A stretch of 64,000 nucleotides of DNA, taken from positions 2,790,001-2,854,000 of the forward strand of contig OZ287068.1 of NCBI GenBank assembly GCA_965645245.1. Direction: 5' to 3'. Shown one piece after another: positions 38,511 to 50,785 of the stretch. Position numbers and translations under genes: made by a program. Numbering within the stretch: position 1 is the stretch's first letter; each line of letters begins with the position of its first letter. This stretch comes from Massalongia carnosa (taxonomy: Eukaryota). Below the pieces are notes generated by a model that saw only the letters and a list, made by a program, of their open reading frames with translations, had not been told where the DNA came from and did no database searches.

Positions 38511-39880
38511 ATGGGCATCGGCCGCCCCGCCAGCGCAATGGGTTCACTATACGAAAAAGCTCAATCCCGTGTCCCCGCCATCATCTCCATCCCCCCAACC
38601 TGGCTCCGCTCGTACGAGGAATTCGTTACCAAGAACGCAAGCCAAGTCTCACAGATCGAGTCCGCGCTGCGCTCTCTCTCGTACATAATTCCTGGTGTGT
38701 AATATGTTCATTCAGCTACCTACGGAAATACTAACCCCCTTCTATAGGCCGCTTTCGCGAATCCGAACTCGCCTCCGAGTCCCGTACGTCCACCTTCATC
38801 CTACCTCCCCCTTTCCACTTTAACCCAAATTTGACTCTCCTCCATCTACGTTCCTGCTAATGTCGCCCAAAAAGTCCACGCCACCCTCCTCCTCCTCTCC
38901 CACTACCACACCACCCTTTTCGCCGCCCCGCCCCGCCCATCCCCTCACACCCGCTACACCCGCTTCTGGACCCTCTCCTCTCCACTCTACGCGCGAATTT
39001 CTCTTCTCCTCCGCACAATCCAATACACTGAGCTCCTTTGCGAAATGTGCGCGAAACGACATTCAGACAAGCTACGCTGGCGCTTGGTAGTTGCAATCGA
39101 ACTGCTTAAAGCGGTCTGCCGCTTTATCATCCTGCGCGTCACGGGCGGGCGGATGGGCGTGAGCCCTCCTGTTGCGGAGCGTGAAGGGGTCGTGGTAGCT
39201 AGCGAGAGCAGTAGCAGTAGCCGCGACAACGACAACGACGAAAGTAACGACTCACAAGGCAAAAGCTGGTATATGCCCCGTACCGGAATGCAGCTCCCCG
39301 CTCTTCCCCCCTCAAGCGGCTCCTCCATCACTGAATTTCTCTCATCCCGCGTCATTAGTGCCGACGAGATTAAATCCGCACACCGGCTCATGCGGCGCAT
39401 CACGAGCGTGCAAGGCCGCCTTGGGGAAGCTATGTGGATCTTGAGGCCCGTGTTGTACGCACTAGCGATGCAGCGATTCCACCATAACCGGCGGGACTGG
39501 CGGCCCTGGGCGCTAGGGTTACTGATGGAATTGGCGGCTAGGGGGTTTGGTAGGCAAGATCTAAGAGAGAGGGGTGCGGGCGGGTGGAGGGGGGTGACGG
39601 GCCTAGAGAGGGAGGAGTGGGGGAAGAGGGGGTGGGGGGTAGCATGGTGGGGGATGAGGGGTGCGTTCTATGAGAGGGTTACGAGGTGAGCTGATTTTTG
39701 GATTTTAAGTTTATCTTTAGCTTTTGGACGCTGCTAATCTACGGATGAAAATGTAGGCCTTGGATCCAAGGGTTCGCTGGCAAACTGAAGGGGAAGCCGC
39801 TGCTGGATATGCTTGGCGCTGTGATAGAGGATTATGATTACCTCTGGGACGAGTATTATTTCTCCACTGCCACGATATAG
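38511..39880 (+). CDS. PEX16: Peroxisomal membrane biogenesis protein Pex16, multi-exon
   Basis: YEEFVTKNASQVSQIESALRSLSYIIPG|RFRESELASES, IQYTELLCEM, WWGMRGAFYE and C-terminal DYDYLWDEYYFSTAT. Confidence 0.92.
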
Positions 39881-40949
39881 CTCGTTCCTCGAGTTCTCCC
39901 TTACAGCTAGGGTTACCCGTTTTTTCCTTCTCGACCTGCTTTCTTCTAGTTTTGGGTTCTGGGATTTTAGGGGAAGTGCAAGCTTTGAGCTCCCATTGAC
40001 ATTCGGGTTGGCATCTGACTAGGGAGGATCAGGCTTCGCGATGCGCATTTTTGCATATTGCCTAGCTATCTATAGAAGAAATTGTGGGGTGTTAGGACCC
40101 GTTGAAAGGAATGTAAGAGTACACTTTTTCTCTTCTTCATTGAGGTAGTTGGTTAGGGGGGCAAGAGAATTCAGGAAACACATTTATTTGTCCCATTAAA
40201 GGGGGTTTCCCAAGCACTTTTAACCTATTTGTTAATTTAGAATTCTAGAACTTAGATAACTCTTGTGTCTGCGTGGGATTTTTTACTCCAATTTGCTGTT
40301 TAAGGAATCAGTTGATTTTTTTAGTTATTGTGAGTCAACCTAGGAAAGCGAAACTCGGGTTAAGAGATATCGCCCTAAGATTATCTGAAACCTTTACCCA
40401 TATTGGTCAGGTCAAACAAAAATATTTAATGACCTTGGCAGCTAATCATTTAGAGCGAGCTGTCCTGCCCACGCTCGGGCGCTATGCCCATTCTCGCGGT
40501 GCTTTTCCCGCCGCTTGGGGAAAGCTGCTGAGGATGGATTTTCCTGCTCCTTGGGTCGGTTCTTGGAATATGGCGATGGTAGTCAAGTGCCTTGGCCAAA
40601 TGGTGCCCTCAACTAAGATATTTGGTTCGGAGAAGATTAGAAAGGGGGGATATGCCGTAACAGGGTTTGGCTCAGCACGAGAAACTTCAGTGGTAGAGAG
40701 GTTGAAGCCTGAACTGATGCCGATTTTAGGATAATTGGGATTCCATGTCGTGATGGGCGATAGCTGCATCTTGCAATTTTTCTTTCCGATATTGGGTAGT
40801 GCTGCTTATGCAGTGACAAGGAATCTCGTTCCAGGGCCTGACAAGATACTTCGAAGCAGAAATGCCACCATCACTTAGGCTGATTTTTAAGCTTAGTTAG
40901 TTCCTTGCCGATGAGGCTTCCAAAAGACGATGTTAAGCAACATCATGTC

Positions 40950-42026
40950 TCAAAATATCTCCTCGACCGCAGGTCTCCCAAACCACATTGCAAGTTCGTC
41001 GAAAGCTTGCTTTGCTTCGCCCTCGGGAAAAGCGGCGAAGAAATCGGTCATTTGCATATGCTGGTCGCCTTCATTAGCTTTAGGCCAGTCAATCTTTGTC
41101 CCATTGCCTTCAAGGAGGTCTTTTGCGTTGCCTCCCCAGCTAAACCGACACTCGTTACCCCAGCCAAACAGCGGGTCCATGTTATCTTTCAACCAAGCGT
41201 TGCACCGCCCATCCGACGGATAGCCAGATCCCCAGCCCTCCGCGGACAGCTTTAACTTTTCCGTATCGCTTTTCGAAAAGGAGTAAGCCTGATAGCAGAC
41301 TTCGAGGGCGGCATCTCTGGTCACTTTTGCGCATACCGAAGCTGCTGAGACACAAGGGTAAAGGGAATCCGCCTTTTTCGCAACCGTGATCATGGTAGTG
41401 GGAAAGATTCGTTCTAATTTTTGCTGATAAGTCTGCGGATTTCCGATGGTATCGATGTAAATCTCTTTCACGTTTATACCTTTGGCAAAGACGTCTTTAA
41501 TCAGATCGATGGTGGCGTCCATGGCTTGAGCGTTCAGGTTGTACGTTCCAGCTGGTTTCAACATGCCAGAGGAAATATCTCGCGCTGACATGACCCTTGT
41601 GGCCCATCCACATTGCTCAAAAAGATCTGTGCCTGTCGTACATAGCGTTTTCATCAGAGAAGAACGAAATGTAGGCGTGAGGAGTTTTGAGTCGTCGAAA
41701 TGATGTGTTTCAGCCAGCAGAGAACGATGGCTGAAAAGTGGGAGATACAATAGGCCATACACCATGGGCCCTGATAATTATCAGTTAGCCTTAGACACGT
41801 TTTGGTTTGCACCATATGTGAATTTACCAAGTACTGGCCCTCTACCGGCCTCATCCACTCCAAGCACGCATTCTATCGATGTATCGTGGAGAATTTCAAC
41901 GGGTATGGGTGTGTGGTGAGTGTAGGAAACGCCTGCAAGAACTTCGACCTCATAAATTGACGGGGCAATAAAAACTTCATCAGTGGGAGTCTCTTGCACA
42001 ATTGCTTGAGAATTAGGTTCGTTCAT
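40950..42026 (-). CDS. RNH201: Ribonuclease H2 catalytic subunit A, one intron
   Basis: LGVDEAGRGPVLG|PMVY, DDSK, KKADSLYPCVSAASVCAKVTRD and GSGYPSD motifs. Confidence 0.95.
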
Positions 42027-42096
42027 TTCGAATTGAAATCTATTACTTTAGGGGATGTGCATAGTCACCATAATCTTCTCATCGTGTCAAAATGCA

Positions 42097-42116
42097 ACGC
42101 GAGCGCGTTTTCGCGA
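42097..42116. promoter_or_regulatory. Cluster of three CGCG (MCB-like) boxes in the RNH201/MIF2 divergent promoter
   Basis: acgcga-gcgcgt-tt-tcgcga within 20 bp, between two divergently transcribed replication/kinetochore genes. Confidence 0.55.
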
Positions 42117-42355
42117 TTACGTAATAGCGTGACCACCCAAATGTTTTGATCAGGACGTCCTACTTCCTATGCAACCCACTTCATCCACGATTTAGAATTG
42201 AACGAGACAAAGGAGTTGAGACTTTCAATATCTCAATTTATTAAGCCGGAGCTATTTGTGCTTGAGGAATCCTAAACTGTCGAAAGGGCTCAGACTAACT
42301 CCGGGCTTCACTACCTACGGTTACTACTGCGCGCATACCCTCGCACATAATTGAT

Positions 42356-45251
42356 ATGGCTCCTTCAAGGACACCGCGGCGCGCTAAAGTGCAAGAGCAC
42401 TGGGAGAATATTGGTGTTAGGGGAAGGTGCGTAACGGACCGAAGACAAGCAAATCTAACTTGATACTTGAGGGTTATGGACTTTGTTGTACATCACTTGC
42501 TAATTATATACAAAGAAAAACCGGAGTCATGCTCAAGCCCGGCCTTCGAGACGAACACGGCTTAGAAAATATTGAAGGCATATTTTCATCACCAGAAAAG
42601 TCTCCTGCCAGGCAGAACAGATTGAGCCAAATTTCTACAATATCCGAAGGAGAGTCTATGGATATTGGCCAAAGTAAGGCTTGTTACGCAATTATAGAAC
42701 CGTCCTTATTTGCCTGATAAGCGAATTCTGACAGCCACTTTCATCCTAGGCACAATTCCAGATCCTACCGAAGTCGTGGGTCGTGTTCGCAATGGTAAAA
42801 CTCTCCTGCCACCTCGGTCCAGATCACCTATCAAGACAAACATTGGCTCTTCCCCTCGAAGATCTATGGGGCCCATGTCTTCTCCGTCTCGTATCATGAA
42901 TGGGGCTACACCGACTCGGGCCATGTCGCACCAGCCGAATTCAAGTACATTAGAGATATCAAGGGGAGAAGTAAGCCCAAGCATTGAAGGCTCCAATATG
43001 AAAGGTCGAAACTCATATCTTAAAAGAGTCAAGAAACCCATATTTAATGGGAAAGGAAAGAAAAGAACTTTTGATTTGAGCCTGGCCGATGATAGCGATG
43101 ATGATGAAGGGAATTTGACCGTTGCGAATGGGGTCAATGAAGCAAATGAGAGTGGGTACAATAACAGCGGTTTAACGGACAATGTGGATGCTGCGCCTCC
43201 AATGCGAGGTCGCGGAAGACCTTCAAAGAAAGCCAAGAAAGATGCCTATAATGACGAAAACATGGATCCACAAACGGAGTCTTCGACAGCGGCAGTGACA
43301 GCAGCAGCACCTACTAACGAAGAAACAGAGCCAGCTTCTCTGAAGAAACGCAAGGGTTCTAAACCATCAACATCAGAACGGGAATCCAACGCTAAAATGA
43401 AGCCTCCTCCAAGACCTAGGCAGAAGTCAAATGTTACAAAGCCCAAGTATATGGATGGTGCTAAGTCCAAATCGCGCAGTATAATTACAGTTCGCAGCGA
43501 AACTCCTGCTGAGGACAATGGTGCTCGAGTGTTGAAAACAGGGAGAACGTCAGTTAAACCTGTGGCATTTTGGCGAAATGAATATATCCGTTATGACCGT
43601 GGGAATCTGGATGGAAAAATTCTTACACTTCCTGGCATCAAGGAAATCATTCGGACTGAGGAGATTATCGTTCCCAGACCAAAACGCCCAGCTGGCAGAG
43701 GATCTAGACCGAAACAATATCAGCGCGACGATACAGAAGAAAAAGAAGAGCGAGAGCTATGGGAGACAGAGACTGGGATAGTGCGTGCACAAGTTATGCA
43801 ATGGGATCCCATAGTTGGCAAATACGACGAGGAAACTACAGAAGAAACTGGTGAGCATATGGATAGTAGCACTTTCTGAAGAACCACATTAACAGCTCCA
43901 TGTAGAAGTCGCATATGCTTCTGAAGCCATACAGATGAGAGACATTAGCGGTGCAGAATTCCGGTTCGCGAAAACTCTAACATTGCCCTTCTTCGGCTCC
44001 GGTATGGTTGACCTACCTCCTGGCGGTGCCAAACGGGTTAAGAATTCGAGAAAAATGCAGATGGTCTTTTTCGTCTTTTACGGACGGGTCACAGTGGACA
44101 TTGGAACACCAACGACTAGCTTTAGCATCGGAAAAGGAGGAGTGTGGCAGGTTCCTAGAGGTAAGGATTTTTCACTTATTTTCATATATTTTGTACTACC
44201 AGCACTACTCCATATTTCATTTCTTTCATGCGATGTGATACCAAGGTACTAGATGATGCGGAATGTTTTGGAATCTGCCCAGTTAACGGCATCTACGCCA
44301 TTTCCTGGAGGGAGTAACATTTGTACGACTTCAAACTTCGGCTTCCCGTTTGATGAGCCACGTTTTGCATTACCTTCCCTTTACTCAGACCCGGACATTG
44401 ACCTTCGAGATATGATTCTGGTACTTGGGCCCCGTTCGCCAGGATCGCGGCAACCTCGCTGGCTTTGGTTAACATTTTGCTCCAACAACTTTGATAAATT
44501 TGTTCCATACCGAGGGTCAAAGCAACCGAGCTCCCGGATCGTTTATTCTGACCCTCTAAAGATGATAAACTAGGGTGGAGTGGTCGGACCGTAAAAAGCT
44601 ACTCTTAGACTCATCGGTTGCTCTTTAGCCTTATCGGAACTGGGCACGGTCTTTCTGCGATACCGGGAATTGTAAGGACTCTATCTTGGTCACCTCCCAA
44701 ACTACCGGTTCGAGGGGTTTCTAAGCTTTTTGAAAGAGCGACATGATCGGTTGTGCCATTCGGTCTATGGCATGTTCATGAGTCACCCTCCCAACTTACT
44801 AATCGATTACTCCGAGTCTTCAATGCGACAGACCAGCCGAGGGGACTGGCCACCCTAGTGGCTCCCCCGGTCAAGGGTCTCTTGCCGGCTCTAAGATTTA
44901 AAGAAAGATTAGGGCGAGGGACTGGGGCTCTGCACCCCCTGAGCGGGACCTGCATAAACGGCTGCTCCTCCACCAGTTTTCCCCTCCATTCATTCCCCTG
45001 TCTTTGCATCGTTCAACTAACCCCATCCACCATTCTTTGCATTTGATTTCCGTTCTGCTCAAAAATTATCCACTCCATTCTCCCTTGCTCAATCAATTTC
45101 AAACGAGGACCCGTTCGCTGATACCTACCCTAAAATAGGTAATTTCTATAGCATCACCAATAACTCGCTTACCAACCCCGCTCGCATCTTCTTCGCTCAA
45201 GGCTGCGAGGTCAATCCCGAAACTAATTTTGAGGAGGGCACGACCGCATGA
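42356..45251 (+). CDS. MIF2: Inner kinetochore protein CENP-C (Mif2/Cnp3); last intron 44161-45138
   Basis: N-terminal GVRGR|KTG..RDEHGLENIEGIFSSP; CENP-C motif GRTSVKPVAFWRNE; cupin domain KNSRKMQMVFFVFYG..WQVPRG|NFYSITN..ARIFFAQG. Confidence 0.92.
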
Positions 45252-46940
45252 TTCATTAGCCTTTTCCCGTCCTCAAAAACTACGCTAACACGGATGGTTT
45301 GTCAGCCTTGTGGTGCATCAGAGAGCACATGTTTGTGAGGGATAAAAAGTTATATGATGGTGGCGTGAGAATGGAACCATTTCTGCCGGAGTCTCTGGCG
45401 CTTGGTTTCTTTCCACATCTCCTGGTCTGAGAGGATGTTGGTCATTAGGTCCTGCCTGGCACTGCACTCTCTGTTTCCACCTTAATCAAATGCCTTGTTC
45501 TACCAACCGGACATTTACTTCGCCACGTCGATGATTGAGGGAGTTATCAATAAATAGGGAACAAGCAATTGACTTTCCCCACCCTACGCGCCTGCCTTCC
45601 TTTGTCACAGGTTCTCAGTGAAGCTCTAAGCTGGGAACTTGAGCTTAATTCTTCCTTTCATGTTCTAATTATTTTTCCTTATCTAACCTTCTACCGTGGG
45701 AACGGTATTCCGGGTTTGGGATAGGTTATCTTGGGGGCTTGAGGGTTGAAAGGTGGCGAGTCTATTTTTTTCCTATTTTATGATGATGGCAACGAGACAC
45801 AGATATTCGAAGTGGAGGAGAGCGAGTGCTTTTGGGAGGGGAGGAGAGGGTTGGAGTGGATGTGATGTGATGATGGGGATGGCCTGCGATAGGATCAGGC
45901 TTGGCTTGGTTTAGCAATAGTATCTACCTCTCTTCCCAAATAACTAAATAAATAGTAAAGGAGTATTTCTCCCCTCGCTACATCTTCATCCTGGGAAATG
46001 ACCGAGGAGGGTAAAACTGAACAATAGGAGTGAGCAAATCCGGTGATTTTTCAGAGTCTTGTGTTTTTCTTCTGGCTGGGAGCGCTGAGTTGAACGCGCG
46101 AAGGGGTCGGGGTGGTGAATAAACTTGCAGATGGAGATGGGGCAGACGATCGGCTTTGGAATTTCTACTCTATGACCCTTATCGGTGCCGTTACCTTCGC
46201 TTGCGCTGGGGGGGCTTTTAATTGGATGAATTGATTTGAATGCTTGAATTTGATTGGGCATGGGAACGACACAGGTCAGCCCGGGCAGGCCTAGGCACGT
46301 GACTCGGGGTCGGTGCTGAGGTGAGAACCTCATCTTCTAGGCCCGAGGCGTCTGCTGACGCTCAACGATCCGATAGATGATGCCCGACGGCAGTGCCCGA
46401 CGGCGATGATCTAGATGGAGGTGCCCGGCGGCGCTCCGGATCGATGCCCTGGTTGACCTGTACGCCCATCGCTCACTTAAGGTGGCTTCTAACTAGCTAT
46501 GAATCTCGGGTGGCCGAGGGTGGGGAAAAGCAGCAAGCACTGACAGCGAGGTAGGGGCACCGAGACAACGTGGGGTCGACGACGAGTCAGTGAGATGGAT
46601 GAGGCCGAGTGAGAAGAAGTGGATGAGGAAAGAATTTTCAGAGGGTGATTCTTAATTTACTTTGACTCAGGGGCCTCACGTGACATAGAACCATCTCATC
46701 TATGACCCTTATCGGTGCCGTTACCTTCGCTTGCGCTGGGGGGGCTTTTAATTGGATGAATTGATTTGAATGCTTGAATTTGATTGGGCATGGGAACGAC
46801 ACAGGTCAGCCCGGGCAGGCCTAGGCACGTGACTCGGGGTCGGTGCTGAGGTGAGAACCTCATCTTCTAGGCCCGAGGCGTCTGCTGACGCTCAACGATC
46901 CGATAGATGATGCCCGACGGCAGTGCCCGACGGCGATGAT

Positions 46941-48104
46941 CTAGATGGAGGTGCCCGGCGGCGCTCCGGATCGATGCCCTGGTTGACCTGTACGCCCAAT
47001 GGAATGCCCAATTGAGTAGGGGTAGGAGTTTGTAGGATTCGTCTCGGCGACGACAGCACGTGGGACTGCTAGAGGGATGCCTTTTTGAAAACTGAGGTTC
47101 AAATTGAATAGTGAGGCCTGGGACGTCTGAAAGTATAGCTGAAACGCGTTTGATGACCATCTTCCGAGTCTCTGAATACTCTCATCCAGCATCCCGTGGT
47201 CGGCGGCGTGTTGTGCTGCTCCTTTTCTGAAGCTGTGTCCCGAGTATGCCGAGTCGTTGATGCCGACGGCTATCAGTCTCTTTTTCAGGGATGCTATGAC
47301 GGAGGCTCTGGTGAATGCGGTGCCGAGACGAAAAAGCGGGGATGTAGATGGCTGAGGATCATTTCTGAAAAGACGCCGTAGTGCTGTCACGGGGCAAGTG
47401 CTCTCATTGGTCGCTGCCAGCACTATCTGAACTCCTGAGTGATTTGTGTCTGTTTTGCTTCTTTTGAGACGTAATGTCGCGTATTGATCGTTCTCGGCGA
47501 ATGAGATGTCACCTCGTGTAGGTTTCAATCTCTGAAAAGATGTCTTCTTACGATCAGCGACAGTGTAGGTGATTTCCCCGAGTCTGAGGAACCCTGCCCA
47601 TGCAACTTTGAATGTCGCGTCGATGTTGAGGTCTTCGGCCGAATGAGCGGGAATACTGGTGATTTTTGTCAGTAATTCTTTTGAAATGGGTAGGCGTCTT
47701 CTTTTTGTCTGAGAAAAGATCCTTTTTCCCCCTTTCAGCATCAATTGAAGTCTCGGCCCCTCGAATGGGGTGAGGCCGTATCCTCGGTCTACATGGTATG
47801 ATCTGAGGCCGGCGAGGTAGCTCGCTGCCGTCTCTGGTTTTATCTTTCCCTGCTTGGGTGTGCCGCCCCCGTATAGTCGACCGGCTAGCCATTCCTCGAG
47901 GGACTCGGTTGTTGCAGGCCACGACGTGCGTCCCGTCGTCGCGCAGAATGCCTCGTATGAGTCGATCGCCGTCCCGTACCATTTTCTCGTGTCCGCCGAG
48001 TGTCCGTGCCAGACGAGACGTTTTACCAGGGCTGACCCTGGTGTGGAGGATAGGTAGGTGGAGGGAGGTTCATCGAATTGTATGGGTTCTGCCAATGAGG
48101 GCAA
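46941..48104 (-). CDS. Tyrosine recombinase (integrase) of the retrotransposon; start uncertain
   Basis: Catalytic residues R (FLRLGE), K (RSKTD), H-x-x-R (GHSFRKG), W (GRWSS) and Y (FQLY). Confidence 0.95.
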   Translation of the reverse strand: MPSLAEPIQFDEPPSTYLSSTPGSALVKRLVWHGHSADTRKWYGTAIDSYEAFCATTGRTSWPATTESLEEWLAGRLYGGGTPKQGKIKPETAASYLAGLRSYHVDRGYGLTPFEGPRLQLMLKGGKRIFSQTKRRRLPISKELLTKITSIPAHSAEDLNIDATFKVAWAGFLRLGEITYTVADRKKTSFQRLKPTRGDISFAENDQYATLRLKRSKTDTNHSGVQIVLAATNESTCPVTALRRLFRNDPQPSTSPLFRLGTAFTRASVIASLKKRLIAVGINDSAYSGHSFRKGAAQHAADHGMLDESIQRLGRWSSNAFQLYFQTSQASLFNLNLSFQKGIPLAVPRAVVAETNPTNSYPYSIGHSIGRTGQPGHRSGAPPGTSI

Positions 48105-49726
48105 AAGTTAGCCAATCTTTCATCATCAAAACGTGACAGGGCATCTGCTAGTCCATTGGAAGTGCCACTGATCCATTGACAACGTAGTACGATGTCCCAC
48201 TTTGCAGCTATGGACAGTATTTCTCGTAGAGGCGCGTTGGCCGGTCCCTTGAGGGTTAGATTCGTGAATCCTGTGTATGCTGTGTTGCTGTCGGTAAAGA
48301 CAAGGATCTGTCGATGTCGCCATGTCGGCGCCCATTTCTGAAGGATTAGAAGGATAGCTTCGACTTCTCGGACGTTTATGCTCGGTGATCCTTCCTGATT
48401 GAGGACTAGGACTCGGGCCCTACATGCGTTTTTTTGATTCACGAGCTCGTTGTCTTGTTGAAAATAGCCTCCGAGACCCGTGAGGCATGCATCCGTATGC
48501 ACCTTGATCGTGTCTCGTGTTGACGTCTCGAAGAAGACAATACCGTTGAAGTCCACTAGAAGTTTTTTCCACCAGATGAGATCCTGTCTGACCCATGTGG
48601 GAATTCTTCTTTTGACCCGACGATGACTGCCCGAGGGAAATGAGGCTATAAAATTCCAGAATAATCGTAAGAAGACTCGGCCCAATTTGACTGCCTGTGC
48701 GCAGAAGCTTAGGAAGCCCGCTATTGACTGCATGTCGCCGAGGCTGATTGTCGTCTCGTTTAGTGCCTTTGTAGTGATGATTCTCGCTTTTTCCAGCTTG
48801 TCCGCTGGCAGACGAATAAGACTGTTGATGGTGTCGACCTCGAGTCCGAAGACTGTCGCTGTCGTTCCCTCGGCGTCTTTTGAGTCGTTTCTCGGGATGC
48901 CAAGAATGTCGGTGAGAATGTTGTAGGCTTTTGTTTCTTGGTGCAATCGTTCTGACGATGTCTCGGATGGGAAAATTGCAACGAAGTCGTCTAGATAGTG
49001 ATGTAATCTCCATTGTAGAAAGGATTCCAAAATCCAATGAAAGCCTTCCGCAAAAAGATTGAAGATGAACGGGGCCGTCGACAGTCCGAACGAAAGGCAT
49101 GTCTCGGTGTAGAATTCGTCATTCCATCCGAAACCCAGAAGCCATTGATGATGAGGTGCGACGGGAACGTTTCGAAAGGCGTCTTTGACGTCTCTTTTCA
49201 CTATGACAGCACCTTTGCCCGCTGACAGAATCAATTGAATAATGTCGTCGAGTCTGGCGTATTGTAATTTGGATGCCTCTTCTGGAATGTTGTCGTTGAC
49301 TGATGTTTGATTGGGATGAGACAGATGATGAATGCGTCGCCATCCTCCGTCATGTTTCGGGACCAAGCCGAGGGGGGAGGCCACAAATGGCTGACTCGGG
49401 GCGGCTATTCGTCTGACTCGGCCCTTCCTGAGGTCCTCTTGGAGCTTATTCTCGATCGTTTCCGGGTCCTCATTCGCTGATGTCAGATTTTTTTCGATCC
49501 GAAGGATGTCTGTGGGGCCTTCGTATCCGATTTGTACTCCGAAACGAAGGATCATGGGCAGATGGACTCGGAGGGGGCCCGGATACTCTTGAAGTAGAGT
49601 TGCCCATGCGGACGGTACGAGGGGAGATGGGCTGTCTTTCAAACGCTGACGAGATGCGTCTACGAGTTGAAACGAAGGGATTGTATTTGGTCTGATTGGT
49701 GCAGGTAAGCAGGGATGGGACGTCAT
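48023..49726 (-). CDS. YR-retrotransposon reverse transcriptase-RNase H
   Basis: SPLGLVPK, DVKDAFR, LSFGLSTAP and YLDDF; RNase H motifs TDACLTGLGG, REVEA, FTDS and NGLADALSR. Confidence 0.95.
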   Translation of the reverse strand: MTSHPCLPAPIRPNTIPSFQLVDASRQRLKDSPSPLVPSAWATLLQEYPGPLRVHLPMILRFGVQIGYEGPTDILRIEKNLTSANEDPETIENKLQEDLRKGRVRRIAAPSQPFVASPLGLVPKHDGGWRRIHHLSHPNQTSVNDNIPEEASKLQYARLDDIIQLILSAGKGAVIVKRDVKDAFRNVPVAPHHQWLLGFGWNDEFYTETCLSFGLSTAPFIFNLFAEGFHWILESFLQWRLHHYLDDFVAIFPSETSSERLHQETKAYNILTDILGIPRNDSKDAEGTTATVFGLEVDTINSLIRLPADKLEKARIITTKALNETTISLGDMQSIAGFLSFCAQAVKLGRVFLRLFWNFIASFPSGSHRRVKRRIPTWVRQDLIWWKKLLVDFNGIVFFETSTRDTIKVHTDACLTGLGGYFQQDNELVNQKNACRARVLVLNQEGSPSINVREVEAILLILQKWAPTWRHRQILVFTDSNTAYTGFTNLTLKGPANAPLREILSIAAKWDIVLRCQWISGTSNGLADALSRFDDERLANFCPHWQNPYNSMNLPPPTYPPHQGQPW

Positions 49727-49771
49727 GAATTCAGCTATTGAAGCTATTCTACTGCCTCCTGCACCAACCCC

Positions 49772-50785
49772 CTATTTCTTCGTTGGGCATGTCTTCTGGC
49801 CATGCCCAGCCGCGCCGCACGATTTACATTTGTGCTGTCGGTAGCACGACGGCCAGGTGCAGGTGCCGCTGTTGTACTTGTCGCAGATTTCCCCCGCTGC
49901 CTTCTCGGCCCTATCGGCCCTGTCTCCTCTCGGGGTCGGTCGCCGGGACGGCGGGGATCGTGAGCGGCGACGGCGTAGGACTGTGAGGGGGGTGCAGAAT
50001 CGAGCTTGGAATTCGTCGGGCATTTTCCATTGGGATGCGTCGGATGGCTGAGACGCGATGATGTGAGTGTGGGTTTCGATGGCGAGGGGGAGGACTGCTT
50101 CCTGCCACTCGTACACCTTGGCCAGCGTGAGGATTTTTCCGTGGAATGCCGACATGGTGGCGTGAAGCTGTTGACTCGATTTCCCGAAAAGACTGACCAT
50201 GATCGAGGTGTAGTTGATGAAGCTCTCGGTCCAGACGTCATGAACTGTCTTTCCGAAATCTTTGTAGGTCCCGGATGCCTTTCTCAACCTCAAGGCGCCG
50301 TCTTCGATGCCGATGCGGTCCTGATCCTTGTAGGACTCGTATTGCATGCCGTGCATGTGTCGGAGGCGGGAGAGGTTGATGGCTTTGAATTTATTTGAAA
50401 AGATCTTGATGATCTCGTCCTGTGGTAGGCCCGCGAAACGGGGTGCTATACTTCTTACTTCGAGAGGGATCTCACCTAGGTCCTCGTCGTCATCGCCGAC
50501 GACACGACTCGGCTTGCCAGCAGGAATGACGGCCGCTATTCGGGCGTCAGATTCTCGGCGCATGCAGTCGATTTCTAGCTGCATTTTTTCCACCTCCTTC
50601 TCGGCGACCAATGCCTTGGACTCGGCAATTCTGGCCTCAGCCTCGGCCGCCTTCGCTTCTGCCTCGGCTTTCTTCTTTTGTAGGGCGAAGATTTGATTGG
50701 ACTGGGCCTGCGTCAATCCGACAATCTCCTGGGAGTCGGGGACTATGTCGTCCATCGGGGTGCTTTGGGAACGGGTGTTCGTCAT
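49772..50785 (-). CDS. YR-retrotransposon gag-like ORF1
   Basis: Coiled-coil N-terminal half; C-terminal Cys/His cluster CDKYNSGTCTWPSCYRQHKCKSCGAAGHGQKTC. Confidence 0.85.
   Translation of the reverse strand: MTNTRSQSTPMDDIVPDSQEIVGLTQAQSNQIFALQKKKAEAEAKAAEAEARIAESKALVAEKEVEKMQLEIDCMRRESDARIAAVIPAGKPSRVVGDDDEDLGEIPLEVRSIAPRFAGLPQDEIIKIFSNKFKAINLSRLRHMHGMQYESYKDQDRIGIEDGALRLRKASGTYKDFGKTVHDVWTESFINYTSIMVSLFGKSSQQLHATMSAFHGKILTLAKVYEWQEAVLPLAIETHTHIIASQPSDASQWKMPDEFQARFCTPLTVLRRRRSRSPPSRRPTPRGDRADRAEKAAGEICDKYNSGTCTWPSCYRQHKCKSCGAAGHGQKTCPTKK

Noticed and set aside
46170..46998. B repeats read as LTRs or as an assembly duplication
   Set aside because: The A1..B1-A2-B2 order, YR gene and lack of TG..CA ends or TSD fit Ngaro split repeats.
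46941..48104. YR as a Starship captain, Crypton or phage integrase
   Set aside because: It overlaps an RT-RNase H ORF and lies within split direct repeats, so it belongs to a retroelement.
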